This document shows, in pieces, positions 20,083 through 33,782 of a stretch of DNA of 64,000 nt. Within the stretch, counting starts at the first letter, position 1, and every line of letters begins with the position of its first letter. Both the position numbers and the translations under genes were made by a program. The stretch spans positions 2,208,001-2,272,000 of the forward strand of contig OZ253375.1 in assembly GCA_965261005.1 (NCBI GenBank). The letters are read 5' to 3'. The DNA is from Deinococcus sp. GTDB lineage: Bacteria > Deinococcota > Deinococci > Deinococcales > Deinococcaceae. Below the pieces are notes generated by a model. That model did not search any database. It saw only the letters and a list, made by a program, of their open reading frames with translations, and was not told the origin of the DNA.

Positions 20083-21543
20083 ATGGTTCAGTTCGCCCTC
20101 GAAGCTTTCCTCGACGCCCTTCGCCAGTTGACGAGCCTCGCCGTGCCGACCGGCATTCTGCTGCTTGGCTTTCTCATTACGCTGGGCGTCTTGGCGCTGC
20201 TCGACCGCGAGCGCGTCCGGGCTTGGTTGGACGGCACTCGGCGCTGGGGACCGCGCTTTTGGGCCTGGCTTTCCCTGGCCGCCGCGCTGTTTGCCGGCGT
20301 GGTGGGGCTGTCGGTGGTGCGCGCGGCCGTGAACGTGCGGCTGGGCGCCCAGGAAAACGCGCGCTTCTCGGCCCAGGCCGACCCCGAGGGCGGCGCCACG
20401 GTCCAGCCCGCGCCTTTCTCCTCCTACCTAACCGAGAAGACCTACACCCGCACCCTGACCTTGCCGCCCGACTTTCTGGACCGCCTCGGCGCGGACGCGG
20501 TGGGCGTGCTGGCGCCGTACCTGACCGACCCCAGCAGCGAGAACATCACCCGCCTCGCCGACACCTTTCGCCGCAGCGGCCGTTCGGTGGTCTTCACGCG
20601 CGAGGCCACCCTGCAAACCGAGCAGCCCATCGAGCTGGGCGAGAGCCGGGTGAACGTCGGCCTGGGCTTCATAGACCCCGTGGAGGGCGGGCGCAAGACC
20701 TACTACAACGCCGACTTTCAGGCCCAGTACAGCTTCAGCAACCCGCTTCCCACGCCGGTGCGCGCCCGCTTCCTGTTTCCCCTGCCCTACGGCAGCGGCA
20801 CCCTCAGCGGCTTCAGTTTGCGGGTGAACGGCGTAGCCGTGCCGGCCACCGACCTGTCGCGCGGCGTGGTGTGGGAGGACGTGTTGTCGGGCGGCGCCCA
20901 GGCGCGCGTGGACGTGCGCTACCGCAACCAGGGGGCGCGCGGCTGGAGCTACCAGCTCGCCTCGCGCCGCGAACCCATCGCCAACTTCGACCTCACCGTC
21001 AAGGCCGACCGCCCAGCCAAATTCGCCCGCTACAGCCTGTTTCCCACCAGTGCGCGGCGCACCCTCGGGGGTCAGCACACCTTGCGCTGGCAGCTGCGCG
21101 ACGTCATCACCGCGCAAAACGTCGCCCTCACCTTTTCGGGCGCCGCCCTGCGCGAGACCCTCTTTCAGGTCTTCACCTTCGCCCCCGCCGCCTTGTTGCT
21201 GGCGGCCCTCTTCGTGGCTGTTTGGGCCTGGAAGCGGGGCGCCCGCGTCTCGCCCGCCGCCGCCGCGCTGGCGGCCCTCGGCTTCGCGCTGGGCTTCGCT
21301 TTGATGGGCGTGCTGACCGGCTACCTGAGCGCCGTGCTGGCTGGCGTGATCGGCGCCGCGCTGGCGGTGCTGCTCTCTACCCTCGCGCTGGGCCGAACCT
21401 TCGTGTGGCCGCTGGCGTTGGCGGCGCTGACGCCGCTCGCCTTTTTGTGGGTGGACAACTCGGGGTTGATGCTCGGGGTGATCGGCGTGGTGGCGCTGTT
21501 GAGCTTGTTGTACGGGAGGCGAGCTGAGCTTGCTCGTGGGTAG
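20083..21543 (+). CDS. Inner membrane protein with CreD-like architecture
   Basis: N-terminal TM helices, large soluble beta-rich domain (YNADFQAQYSFSNP...LRVNG), C-terminal bundle of about 5 TM helices; RBS GGAGG. Confidence 0.6.
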   Translation: MVQFALEAFLDALRQLTSLAVPTGILLLGFLITLGVLALLDRERVRAWLDGTRRWGPRFWAWLSLAAALFAGVVGLSVVRAAVNVRLGAQENARFSAQADPEGGATVQPAPFSSYLTEKTYTRTLTLPPDFLDRLGADAVGVLAPYLTDPSSENITRLADTFRRSGRSVVFTREATLQTEQPIELGESRVNVGLGFIDPVEGGRKTYYNADFQAQYSFSNPLPTPVRARFLFPLPYGSGTLSGFSLRVNGVAVPATDLSRGVVWEDVLSGGAQARVDVRYRNQGARGWSYQLASRREPIANFDLTVKADRPAKFARYSLFPTSARRTLGGQHTLRWQLRDVITAQNVALTFSGAALRETLFQVFTFAPAALLLAALFVAVWAWKRGARVSPAAAALAALGFALGFALMGVLTGYLSAVLAGVIGAALAVLLSTLALGRTFVWPLALAALTPLAFLWVDNSGLMLGVIGVVALLSLLYGRRAELARG

Positions 21544-22055
21544 CCCCCACCCCCCCAGCCCCCCTACCCCCAAAGGGGGCAGGGGGGAGTGACGCTGCGC
21601 TGGGCACGTTGGGCGGCTGGAGCGTTGGAGCGCCCTGAACCGCTGGATTCGTTATCGGGTCACTGCCGCTCTCAGGAAAGCCCCTTGGTGCAAAGGCGGT
21701 GAGCCGGTAATGGGGAAACGGGGGAGATGGCGGAACCCCCCCGGCTCCTCAAGGAGGGAGGGGAGCAAAGATAAAGACTTGTCTGGCTTTTCTACCCGTC
21801 CCCTCAGCGCCCAACAGCGCCCTCCACGGGCCGTGATCGCGGCAGAGAAAGTAGTTTGGCATCTTCCCTCGCACGGACCAAGCCGGACGACACCGCCCTA
21901 CTGACGCGGTCCAACGTGCCATGCCGAGCGCAGCGAAAAGCCCCCCGCCTTTCAGGAACACGGACACGTAAACGGCCGATTCCCGAAGCGCCGGGCCGCC
22001 CCGGTGCGCGAAGAGTTGGCCCCCTCTGGGGGTAGGGGGGTTGGGGGGTGGGGGC
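21543..22055. mobile_element. Non-coding element with ~37-bp terminal inverted repeats (MITE-like)
   Basis: 21543-21580 is a near-perfect reverse complement of 22019-22055; second inner IR pair 21593-21612 / 21911-21935; no credible ORF. Confidence 0.6.
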
Positions 22056-22107
22056 AAGCCCGCCAGAAAGCTCAATTCCACCTTCCCCACCGCGTTAGAC
22101 TGCCCCC

Positions 22108-24333
<2,226 letters not shown>

Positions 24334-24347
24334 AAGAAGGAGCGTTG

Positions 24348-24389
24348 TTCAGCGGGGCAGCACTTGCCCCGCTGAAGCTTTTCATTTTG
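24348..24389 (+). terminator. Intrinsic terminator after pnp
   Basis: TTCAGCGGGGCA-gcact-TGCCCCGCTGAA-GCTTTTCATTTT. Confidence 0.8.
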
Positions 24390-24429
24390 CCCTACCGTCT
24401 AACGGGCGTTCGTTCGCTAAACTGCTGGC

Positions 24430-25614
<1,185 letters not shown>

Positions 25615-25662
25615 AAGCTGATATTTTGAACCCAGTCCAACAAAGCCGACCCTGGAGGGCGC

Positions 25663-26802
25663 ATGATAGATTTTTCCCTGACTGACGAGCAAAAGCAGCT
25701 GCAAGCCCTGGCGCGCGACTTCGCCAAAAACGAGATCATCCCGGTGGCGGCCGAGTACGACCGGCAGGAGGAGCTGCCTTGGCCGGTGATTGAGAAAGCC
25801 TTTGAGGTGGGTTTGCTGAACACCAGTATTCCCGAGCACGCGGGCGGCCTGGGGCTGGGGATGCTCGACGAGGTCATCATCGGCGAGGAGTTGGCCTACG
25901 GCTGCATGGGCATCTACACCGTCCTGATGGCCTCGGAGTTGGGCATCACGCCGATTGTGGTGGGCGGGACGGAGGCGCAACAGAAGCAGTTCCTGGCGCC
26001 GCTGCTCGATAAGCCCTCGCTGGCCGCCTTTGCCCTCAGCGAACCCAACAACGGCTCGGACGCGGCGGCCATGAACACGACCGCCGTGCTGGACGGCGAC
26101 GAGTGGGTCATCAACGGGACCAAGATGTGGATCAGCAACGGCGGCGTCGCCGAGATCACGGTGGTTTTCGCGTCCACCGACAAGAGTTTGGGCCACCGGG
26201 GCACCGTCGCCATCGTGGTGCCAAAGGACGCGCCCGGCCAGAGCTACCACAAGATCAAGCACAAGCTGGGTCAGCGCGCCTCCCTCACCTCGGAGCTGGT
26301 CTTCGAGAACGTCCGCGTGCCGAAGGAGAACGCCTTGGGCGGCGTGGGCGACGGCTTCAAGATCGCCATGAAGACCCTCGACAAGACCCGCGTTCCGGTG
26401 GCGGCCGGCTCGGTCGGCGTCGCGCGCCGCGCGCTGGAGGAGAGCGTTAAGTACGCCAAGGAGCGCCAAGCCTTCGGCAAGCCCATCGCCGACTTTCAGG
26501 CCATCCAGTTCAAGCTGGCCGAGATGAAGATGGGTATCGAGACCGGGCGCCTGATGACCTACAAGGCCGCGTGGCTGGTGGACTGCGGTTTGCCGCACGG
26601 CGCCGAGAGCGCCATCGCCAAGGCCTACTGCTCCGAGATGGCCTTTGACGCCGCCAACGAGGGCATCCAAGTCTTTGGCGGCTACGGCTACGTGGGCGAG
26701 TACCCCATGGAGAAGCTGCTACGCGATGTGAAGCTCAACCAGATTTACGAGGGCACGAATGAGATTCAGCGCGTGGTGATCGCGCGGGGGCTGCTGAAGT
26801 AG
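25663..26802 (+). CDS. Acyl-CoA dehydrogenase (medium-chain type)
   Basis: AFALSEPNNGSD, NGTKMWISN, QVFGGYGY, IYEGTNEIQ. Confidence 0.95.
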   Translation: MIDFSLTDEQKQLQALARDFAKNEIIPVAAEYDRQEELPWPVIEKAFEVGLLNTSIPEHAGGLGLGMLDEVIIGEELAYGCMGIYTVLMASELGITPIVVGGTEAQQKQFLAPLLDKPSLAAFALSEPNNGSDAAAMNTTAVLDGDEWVINGTKMWISNGGVAEITVVFASTDKSLGHRGTVAIVVPKDAPGQSYHKIKHKLGQRASLTSELVFENVRVPKENALGGVGDGFKIAMKTLDKTRVPVAAGSVGVARRALEESVKYAKERQAFGKPIADFQAIQFKLAEMKMGIETGRLMTYKAAWLVDCGLPHGAESAIAKAYCSEMAFDAANEGIQVFGGYGYVGEYPMEKLLRDVKLNQIYEGTNEIQRVVIARGLLK

Positions 26803-26864
26803 ATGAGTGTAGCATGGGGGAATGATTGGCGTCATTCTTCTGGTCGGATACACAGGGCTGACGC

Positions 26865-27509
26865 ATGTCGAACGGCTGGATGAAGAACACCCGTCCATTC
26901 TGTTTTCAACGTAAATACTCGCGCTTGTTGACTCGTTTTTTGTGTCTCTGCCGAAAAGCGAGGCTGCCAAGTAAGGGCGTAACCTCAACGCGCGTCAGCC
27001 CTGTCGGATACATTTTTGGCGTGCTCATGCTTCTACGGGGATTTCTGAAGGCCCGGTCGAACGCCGGCCCCTCCTTCCGTACAGTCCTCAATTGGTCAAT
27101 TGCCATACTTTTCGAGCCATTGATTTTTCTTGCCATAGCGCTCGCTCTCAGTGCTCTGGGAGCGCAAATTGAGGCTTGGATTATTTTGCTCGCGCTCACC
27201 GTTATCTGGCTTTTGCTTCCTTTATTGTTTTTCCACCCGACTACGATGGCGGCCCAAGAGGGTCGTCGTGTTCTTATAAACGGCAATGTATTGAGGATGG
27301 GCGTGTTGCTATTTATGGGAAGCCTGACCCTCTACCTTTGGCAAGCATCAAATAAATACACTGAAGCTGACGCGATGGGCATTATTAATATTTTTGGTGT
27401 TGTGGGCATTTTCTTTTACATCGCCTCATCTTTCGTTGTCTTTCTTTTATTCTCGTCTTACCTTACTAAAACTTTAGAGATGCCCAATTCCCTTGTTGAC
27501 TCGGTATAA
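26865..27509 (+). CDS. Hypothetical low-GC membrane protein (true start probably near 27021-27027)
   Basis: Open frame with 4-5 hydrophobic segments; markedly more AT-rich than its flanks. Confidence 0.5.
   Translation: MSNGWMKNTRPFCFQRKYSRLLTRFLCLCRKARLPSKGVTSTRVSPVGYIFGVLMLLRGFLKARSNAGPSFRTVLNWSIAILFEPLIFLAIALALSALGAQIEAWIILLALTVIWLLLPLLFFHPTTMAAQEGRRVLINGNVLRMGVLLFMGSLTLYLWQASNKYTEADAMGIINIFGVVGIFFYIASSFVVFLLFSSYLTKTLEMPNSLVDSV
26898..26914. promoter_or_regulatory. Putative RDRM (DdrO operator)
   Basis: TTCTGTTTTCAACGTAA fits all positions of the 17-bp consensus T(T/C)(A/C)(T/C)G(T/C)NN(T/A)N(A/G)(A/G)C(G/A)(T/G)A(A/G). Confidence 0.55.
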
Positions 27510-27520
27510 TCTGGAGGCTT

Positions 27521-28279
27521 ATGAATATCCTGACCCTCATTCGGCAAGTCCCCGACGCCGAGGCGCGCGTGCGCGTCACGGGCGGGGCGGTGGACCTGGA
27601 CGGCACGACGCTGGTGATCGACGGCATGGACGAGTACGGCGTGGAGCAGGCCCTTCAGATTCGCGAGGGGGGCGCGCAGGCTGAGGTGATCGCCCTCGCC
27701 ATCGGCCCCAAGCGGGTCGAGGACGCCCTCAGAACGGTGCTGGCGATGGGCGCCGATCGGGCCGTTCACGTCGAGACGGATCAGCCCCTTGACCCCATCG
27801 CGCTCAGCAAGGTGGTGGCGCAACTCGCGCAGAGCGAGAACGTGGACTTGATCTTCGCGGGCGGGCAGCAGGCCGACTGGGACAGCCAGGCCCTGGGGGC
27901 CGCCGTCGCCGAGCGGCTGAGTTGGCCGCAGCTGACCTGGACCAACGGCCTGACGGTGTCGGGGGACCAGCTCAGCGGCAAGCACGACGTGGACGCCGGC
28001 AACGAGAGCTTCGAGGTGAAGCTCCCCGCCGTGGTCACGACCCAGCAGGGCCTCAACGAGCCGCGCTACCCGACCCTCCCCAACATCATGAAGGCCAAGA
28101 AGAAGGAGCTGCGCAAGGACAGCCTGGACCAGTACGGCGTGACCCCAATGGTGAGGTCGGTGGGCGCCGAGATTCAGGCCCGCGCCCGGCTGAACAAGGT
28201 CATAGACGGCAAGGACCCCCAGGCCGCCGCCGCGCAGCTGCTCGAACTGCTCAGAACGGAAGCGAAGGTGTTGTCATGA
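27521..28279 (+). CDS. etfB: Electron transfer flavoprotein beta subunit
   Basis: [30 protein letters not shown]. Confidence 0.95.
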   Translation: MNILTLIRQVPDAEARVRVTGGAVDLDGTTLVIDGMDEYGVEQALQIREGGAQAEVIALAIGPKRVEDALRTVLAMGADRAVHVETDQPLDPIALSKVVAQLAQSENVDLIFAGGQQADWDSQALGAAVAERLSWPQLTWTNGLTVSGDQLSGKHDVDAGNESFEVKLPAVVTTQQGLNEPRYPTLPNIMKAKKKELRKDSLDQYGVTPMVRSVGAEIQARARLNKVIDGKDPQAAAAQLLELLRTEAKVLS

Positions 28280-29229
28280 TTCTGATCGTCGCCGAGCACG
28301 CGGGGGGCAAGCTGTCCAAGAGCAGCGCCGAGATGGTCACGGCCGCTGGGGACGCCGGGCGCGAGGGGCCGGTCACGCTGTTGGTGCTGGGATCGGGCGT
28401 GGCCGAGGTCGCCGCCGAGGCCGCGCAGTTGGCCGAGCAGGTGCTGGTGGCCGACCGCCCCGAGCTGGCCGAGTACAACGCCGAGCTGTGGGCCGCCGCG
28501 ACCGCCCAGATCGCCCGAGAAGGCGAGGCGAACGCGGTCCTGATCGCCGGCAGCAGGTCGGGCCGCGAGTTCTCGCCGCGCGTGGCGGTCAAGCTGGACG
28601 CCCCCTTACTGGAGGACGTGATTTCGCTCTCTTCAGAAGGTGACGCCCTGCGCGCCCAACGCTACACCTACCTGGCCCGCGTGACCGAGACGGTGGAGGC
28701 GAGCGCGCCGACCATCGTGGTGTCGGTCAAGCTGGGCATCTTTAAGCCGGCGCAGCCGAGCGAGCAGGTGGGGGAGCAGTACGACGTGGACTTGGAGCTG
28801 CCGCGAAGCCGGGTGCAGGTGACCGGCCGGGCGGCCGAAAAGACCTCGCGCGTGGCCCTCGCCGAGGCGAACGTGGTCGTGACCGGCGGGCGCGGCGTGG
28901 GCAGCCCCGAGAAGTTCGCGGAGTTGGTGGAGGGCCTGGCCGACCAGCTGCGCGCCGGCGTGGGCGCCACCCGCGCGGTGGTGGACGCCGGCTGGCGCCC
29001 CTACGCCGAGCAGGTCGGCCAGACCGGCAAGACGGTGCAGCCGGGCGCCTACATCGCCCTGGGCGTGTCGGGGGCGGTGCAGCACCTCAGCGGCATGGGT
29101 AAGAGCAAGGTGATCGTGGCGATCAACAAGGACGCCGAGGCGCCCATCTTCAAGGTCGCCGACTACGGCGTGGTAGGCGACCTGAACGAGATCGTCCCGG
29201 CCCTGATCGAGCAGGCGCGGGGCCGGTAA
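28276..29229 (+). CDS. etfA: Electron transfer flavoprotein alpha subunit
   Basis: ATG overlaps the etfB stop; [35 protein letters not shown]. Confidence 0.95.
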   Translation: MILIVAEHAGGKLSKSSAEMVTAAGDAGREGPVTLLVLGSGVAEVAAEAAQLAEQVLVADRPELAEYNAELWAAATAQIAREGEANAVLIAGSRSGREFSPRVAVKLDAPLLEDVISLSSEGDALRAQRYTYLARVTETVEASAPTIVVSVKLGIFKPAQPSEQVGEQYDVDLELPRSRVQVTGRAAEKTSRVALAEANVVVTGGRGVGSPEKFAELVEGLADQLRAGVGATRAVVDAGWRPYAEQVGQTGKTVQPGAYIALGVSGAVQHLSGMGKSKVIVAINKDAEAPIFKVADYGVVGDLNEIVPALIEQARGR

Positions 29230-29252
29230 AAATGGGTGTGCGGGTGAACATT

Positions 29253-29281
29253 GTAGGGGAGGGTTTTAAACCCTCCCCTAC
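29253..29281. repeat. GTAG-type REP palindrome (copy 1)
   Basis: GTAGGGGAGGGTTT-T-AAACCCTCCCCTAC perfect palindrome between convergent genes. Confidence 0.8.
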
Positions 29282-29321
29282 GGCCTCCCCCACGTTCATA
29301 CCGGTATTCGTATCCATGCTC

Positions 29322-30053
29322 TTACCCGATTTGCACAATCTCCGGGTGGTAGAGCCTAGCGCGCTTCAGGGCGGCCACCACCTGACGCTCGCCGCGCCGC
29401 CCCAGCGCCTTCCAAAAGGCGTCCTCGCGGGTCAGGACCAGCAGGTAAGTGAAGTCGCCCCAGACCTCCACGCCAAAGGCGCGGCGCATCGAGCGGGCGA
29501 AGGTCTCGGTGGCGGGCACGGACAGGTCTTCCAGGGGGGCGATGAAGTGGGTGTGGCCGTCCATGACCGGGTTGGTGTGGACCTCACGTTGGTAGGCGCG
29601 GCGCTCCTCTTTGGAGAGCCTAGCGACGGCGCCCGGCGCGCAGAAGCGGGCGGCCAGGCCGGAAAAGGTGTCGCGGCAGCGGGTCGGGCGGACCTCGTAG
29701 TGGCGGCAGGCGCCGCTTTCCCGGTCGAGCAGCGGGCAAAAGCCGACCCGTTGGCGGTGGTTCTCGGCGTAACGCTCGCCTCCACTATCGTGCGCGTTGT
29801 CCCAAACTTTGCGGGCGTGGCGAGTGACGGCGTCCCACTCGGCCTCGGTTAATTGTTCGGCCACCACCAGCGCCTCGGGCAGGCTCGCCATCACCGGCAT
29901 GTCGCAGCAGCCGTGGCAGCCCGGCGCGCAGTGGACTTGGCCGCCGCGCGCCGTGAAGTTGTCCCTCCAGGCCCGCGCCCGCGCGTCATAGAGAGCGTGC
30001 TGGGCGCGCACCTCGGCCACAAGCGCGGCGGCTGGCCCCTCGGCGCGGTTCAT
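29322..30053 (-). CDS. YkgJ-family cysteine cluster protein
   Basis: CAPGCHGCC...CPLLD..GACRHYEVRPTRCR. Confidence 0.88.
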   Translation of the reverse strand: MNRAEGPAAALVAEVRAQHALYDARARAWRDNFTARGGQVHCAPGCHGCCDMPVMASLPEALVVAEQLTEAEWDAVTRHARKVWDNAHDSGGERYAENHRQRVGFCPLLDRESGACRHYEVRPTRCRDTFSGLAARFCAPGAVARLSKEERRAYQREVHTNPVMDGHTHFIAPLEDLSVPATETFARSMRRAFGVEVWGDFTYLLVLTREDAFWKALGRRGERQVVAALKRARLYHPEIVQIG

Positions 30054-30147
30054 CCCCGTCACTTTAACGGTCCCGCCGGAAAGGAACGTGAAGCGCGCCA
30101 AAAGCTTCACCACCCCGCCGCCTCTATGAACGTATACTGAAGAGGAC

Positions 30148-31152
30148 GTGTTCAAACGACCTGCCAAACCCGCCCCCACGCCCGCCGCGCCGCCCGCTCA
30201 AGGCAGCTCCGAACCCGGTCAAGTGCTGGGCGACTTGCTGGTCAAGCCCAGTTTGGAAGGGGTGCTGGAAGGCGCGCTCACGCAGGCGGCGGCCTTGGTG
30301 GGCGGCGACGTCAAGGGGTTCGCGGTGCTCAGCCCGGGAGAGGACCGGGTCGCGGCGGCGCTCGGGTACGGCCAGGAGTTGGTCGGCTTGCCGCTGGCCG
30401 GACCGTGGTCGGGCGGGCGGGCGCGCGTGGTGCAGGGCGGCGCGGGCGAGCTGTTCGCGATCAACCCACCCGAGGTACGCGCCCAACTCGATTTGCTGGG
30501 CATGCGCGAGGTGAGCGCGAGCTTGGTGGCGCCGCTGCGCGACCGTGGCCGCTTTTTGGGCACCTTGGTGCTCGACCGCTACGGCGCCGTTCCCTTCAGC
30601 TCGGTGCAGCTCGACGCCGTGAGCAAGTGGGCCACCGCCGTCACGCCGCTGATCGGCATTTTGGAAAGCCGTGAGGAGGCGCGCGCCCTCAGCCGCCGCC
30701 TTTCTGGGGTGTTCGTGGAGGCGGTGGAGTCGCTGGACTTCGACGCCGTGGGCCACGCGCGCAGCGTGGCCGAGGTCGCCCACAAGCTGGGCAAGGTCAT
30801 CGGCCTTTCCGAGCGCGAGCAAGACGAGCTGTGGTACGCGGCGACGCTGCACGACCTCGGCAAGCTACAAGGTGAGGAGGGCCACGCCCTGCTGGGCGCG
30901 AACCTGCTGCACGACGTGCCCCAGCTGAAGGGGGCGCAGCTCGGCGTGCGCCACCACCACGAGCGCTGGGACGGCTTCGGCGAACCCGACCGCCTCGCCG
31001 GCGAGGAGATTCCCTTGATGGCGCGCCTCGTGGCCGTGGCCGACGCCTTTGTGCGCCGGGGAGACGTGCAGGCCCTGGCCGGCGAGAGCGGCACCATTCT
31101 CGACCCGCGCCTCGTGGCGGCCCTCGAAAAGGCTTTGGCAACCGAGAGCTGA
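30148..31152 (+). CDS. GAF + HD-GYP domain protein
   Basis: LVAPLRDRGRFLGTL (GAF); LHDLGK, HHHERWDGFGEP, ARLVAVAD. Confidence 0.85.
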   Translation: MFKRPAKPAPTPAAPPAQGSSEPGQVLGDLLVKPSLEGVLEGALTQAAALVGGDVKGFAVLSPGEDRVAAALGYGQELVGLPLAGPWSGGRARVVQGGAGELFAINPPEVRAQLDLLGMREVSASLVAPLRDRGRFLGTLVLDRYGAVPFSSVQLDAVSKWATAVTPLIGILESREEARALSRRLSGVFVEAVESLDFDAVGHARSVAEVAHKLGKVIGLSEREQDELWYAATLHDLGKLQGEEGHALLGANLLHDVPQLKGAQLGVRHHHERWDGFGEPDRLAGEEIPLMARLVAVADAFVRRGDVQALAGESGTILDPRLVAALEKALATES

Positions 31153-31205
31153 ACTGGGAATTGGGCGCCCTTACGCGGCGGCCCCGACCCTTTATGATGG
31201 GGCGC

Positions 31206-32009
31206 GTGACCCCCGGCGCCGCCCGCTATCCCACCCTTGAGACGCTGTGCGGGCCGCTCGCCCGGCTCGGCGGCGGCGCGCACAGCCGGGTGTACGTGTC
31301 GGGCGAGTACGTGGTGAAGGTGTACCGCAACCACCTCGGCTGGAACGACTTGGAGGCGGCCAATATGCGCGCGGCGGGCCTGGGCGACTGGGTGGTGCGG
31401 TCTCTGGAGGCGGACGGCGCCCAAGTGCTGATCATGCGGCGCTTTCCCGGCCAGCCGGTCACGGCGGGGGACTTGCCCGGCGCGCTGCCGCAACTGGGCG
31501 CCTTTCTGGGGCGGCTGCACGCCACTCGGGGCGACCCGGTGAACTTGGAGCGGCTCGCGGCGCGCCTGAGGCGCTTTCGGGGCGCCCTCTCGGGCGAGCA
31601 CCTCGACGACCTGTTCGAGGCGGTGGAGGGACCCCTGCGGCGCGGCGAGCTGGAAGCCAGATCGGCGTACTGTCACCTGGACTTGTGGGCCGACAATATC
31701 TTGGTCTCGGAAAGTGGCGAGGTGCTGGTGATCGACTGGACCCGCGCCGCCTGGGACGACCCCATGCGCGACCTGGCCCTCTTAAAGACCGGCACCTTTG
31801 ACCTCTGTTCCCCAGCCGAGAGCGTGCGCTACGCGCTGGACTTGCTGCCCCAGGAGCCGGGCGCGAGAGCGCGGCTGCGCGCCTACCTGGCCCACACCTA
31901 CCTGCACGATTTGTACTGGTTTCTGATGCGCGAACCCTACGACTTCGAGGCCCAGCGCGCCCTCAAGCTGCCGCGCGCCCGCCACGCGCTGGAGGCCCTG
32001 TCAGGGTAA
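31206..32009 (+). CDS. Aminoglycoside phosphotransferase/choline kinase-like protein
   Basis: [27 protein letters not shown]; leaderless TATGAT-N7-GTG. Confidence 0.82.
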   Translation: MTPGAARYPTLETLCGPLARLGGGAHSRVYVSGEYVVKVYRNHLGWNDLEAANMRAAGLGDWVVRSLEADGAQVLIMRRFPGQPVTAGDLPGALPQLGAFLGRLHATRGDPVNLERLAARLRRFRGALSGEHLDDLFEAVEGPLRRGELEARSAYCHLDLWADNILVSESGEVLVIDWTRAAWDDPMRDLALLKTGTFDLCSPAESVRYALDLLPQEPGARARLRAYLAHTYLHDLYWFLMREPYDFEAQRALKLPRARHALEALSG

Positions 32010-32019
32010 GATGGCCCGG

Positions 32020-32652
32020 ATGCCCGCCCCCGTCACCGTGGTCACGCACCCCCTGGTGCAACACAAGCTCTCTCTTTTGCGCGACGTGAACACCGGCCCC
32101 AAGGAGTTCCGCGAGTTGGCCGCTGAGGTCACCTTGCTGCTGGCCTACGAGGCCATGCGCGACTTGGAAACCCAGCAGGTGGAGGTGGAGACCCCGCTGC
32201 AAAAGGGCGAGTTTCCCATGTTGGCCGGCAAGAAGTTGGCGATCATCGCCATTCTGCGCGCGGGCCTGATCATGAGCGACTCGATTCTGCGCCTGGTGCC
32301 GGCGGCGCGGGTGGGGCACATCGGCCTGTACCGCGACCCCGAGACCCTCTCGCCGGTCGCCTACTACAGCAAGCTGCCGCAGGACATCTTTGATCGGCGC
32401 GCCTTTTTGCTGGACCCCATGTTGGCGACCGGGGGCAGCGCCGTGGCGGCCCTCGACATGCTGAGCGAGGCCGGCGCGCAGTCCCCCAAGCTGCTGTGCA
32501 TTTTGGCGGTGCCGGAGGGCATACAGAAGGTGCAGGCCGCGCATCCCGACGTCGAGATCGTCACGGCGGCGCTGGACGCGGGCCTGACCGACCACGGCTA
32601 CATCTATCCCGGCCTCGGCGACGCCGGGGACCGCATCTACGGAACGAAGTGA
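32020..32652 (+). CDS. upp: Uracil phosphoribosyltransferase
   Basis: [40 protein letters not shown] (alternative ATG at 32011). Confidence 0.97.
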   Translation: MPAPVTVVTHPLVQHKLSLLRDVNTGPKEFRELAAEVTLLLAYEAMRDLETQQVEVETPLQKGEFPMLAGKKLAIIAILRAGLIMSDSILRLVPAARVGHIGLYRDPETLSPVAYYSKLPQDIFDRRAFLLDPMLATGGSAVAALDMLSEAGAQSPKLLCILAVPEGIQKVQAAHPDVEIVTAALDAGLTDHGYIYPGLGDAGDRIYGTK

Positions 32653-33782
32653 ACGGCGTGGACCTGCTTCAAATGTTGCAGTCCCTCGGGGTCGCGAGTC
32701 CCCTCGGCCTGGGCTTTCTCAGCGTGATCCTGACCTTTGTGGCGGCGTGGGGCTTTACGCAGGTCTTCATTCCGCGGGTGCGTGAGTTCGCCATCAGGGT
32801 GGGCTGGGCCGACTTGCCCAACGAGCGGCGCCTCAACAAGACGCCGCTGCCCAACGCCGGCGGCTTGGCGATTTTCGCGGGCTTTATCCTGCCGGTGGTC
32901 GTGGTGTGGGCCTTGCGGCCCATCGGCGTTCCGGAAGTGAAAATCCAGGTGCTGGCTATTTTGCTGGGCGGCGCGCTGGTGACGATGGTCGGCTTCATCG
33001 ATGATCAGTTCGATTTGCCGCCGCTGTTTCGCCTGGGCATGCAGTTTGTCTCCGCGCTCCTCTTGGTCGTCAACGGCCTGACCATAGACCTTTCGACCGT
33101 GTCGTTCTTGCCCACCATTCCGCACGGGGTACTTGAACCCCTCAACATCGCCGTGACGCTGCTCTGGCTGGTGGGCATCACCAACGCCTTTAATCTGCTC
33201 GACGGCGTGGACGGCGTGGTGGGTGGGATCGGTTTTATTTCCAGCATGGTGCTGCTCGTCGTGGCTGCACAGTTTCCTGATCGTGGGGCGGCGGTGGTGC
33301 TGCTCGCAGGCTTGGCGGGCGCGTCGCTCGGTTTTTTGCGGTACAACTTCAATCCGAGCCGCATCATCATGGGGGACGCCGGCGCCTATCTGTTTGGCTT
33401 TACGCTCGCCGCCGTGGCGTTGCTCGGAACGCTCAAGGCGAGCGTCGGCTATTCGCTGCTCGCTCCCCTGCTCATCCTCGCCCTGCCGATTCTCGACACG
33501 ACACAAGTCGTGGTCCGTCGCTTGGCGCAGGGCAAGAATCCGCTGTCTCATCCTGGCAAGGACCACTTGCATCATCGTCTGCTCGCCAGCACGAGCGCGC
33601 GCCGTACGGCCGTGATCATGTGGGTCATCACGCTGAGCTTCAGCGTCGTGGGCATGCTCACGCAAGGCGTGGCGTGGCGGGTCGTGCTGGTTACAGTTCT
33701 CCTGATTGCGGGATGCCTGAGCTGGGTGGCGCTGCGACGGGTACGCGCCTTGAAGCGCGAACCCAAGGAAAATCCCACTTGA
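32649..33782 (+). CDS. Undecaprenyl-phosphate GlcNAc-1-P transferase (WecA/TagO, MraY family)
   Basis: [33 protein letters not shown]. Confidence 0.92.
   Translation: MNGVDLLQMLQSLGVASPLGLGFLSVILTFVAAWGFTQVFIPRVREFAIRVGWADLPNERRLNKTPLPNAGGLAIFAGFILPVVVVWALRPIGVPEVKIQVLAILLGGALVTMVGFIDDQFDLPPLFRLGMQFVSALLLVVNGLTIDLSTVSFLPTIPHGVLEPLNIAVTLLWLVGITNAFNLLDGVDGVVGGIGFISSMVLLVVAAQFPDRGAAVVLLAGLAGASLGFLRYNFNPSRIIMGDAGAYLFGFTLAAVALLGTLKASVGYSLLAPLLILALPILDTTQVVVRRLAQGKNPLSHPGKDHLHHRLLASTSARRTAVIMWVITLSFSVVGMLTQGVAWRVVLVTVLLIAGCLSWVALRRVRALKREPKENPT

Noticed and set aside
31206..32009. Aminoglycoside resistance gene
   Set aside because: Only generic APH/choline-kinase fold motifs; housekeeping context with no mobility signs; substrate cannot be assigned
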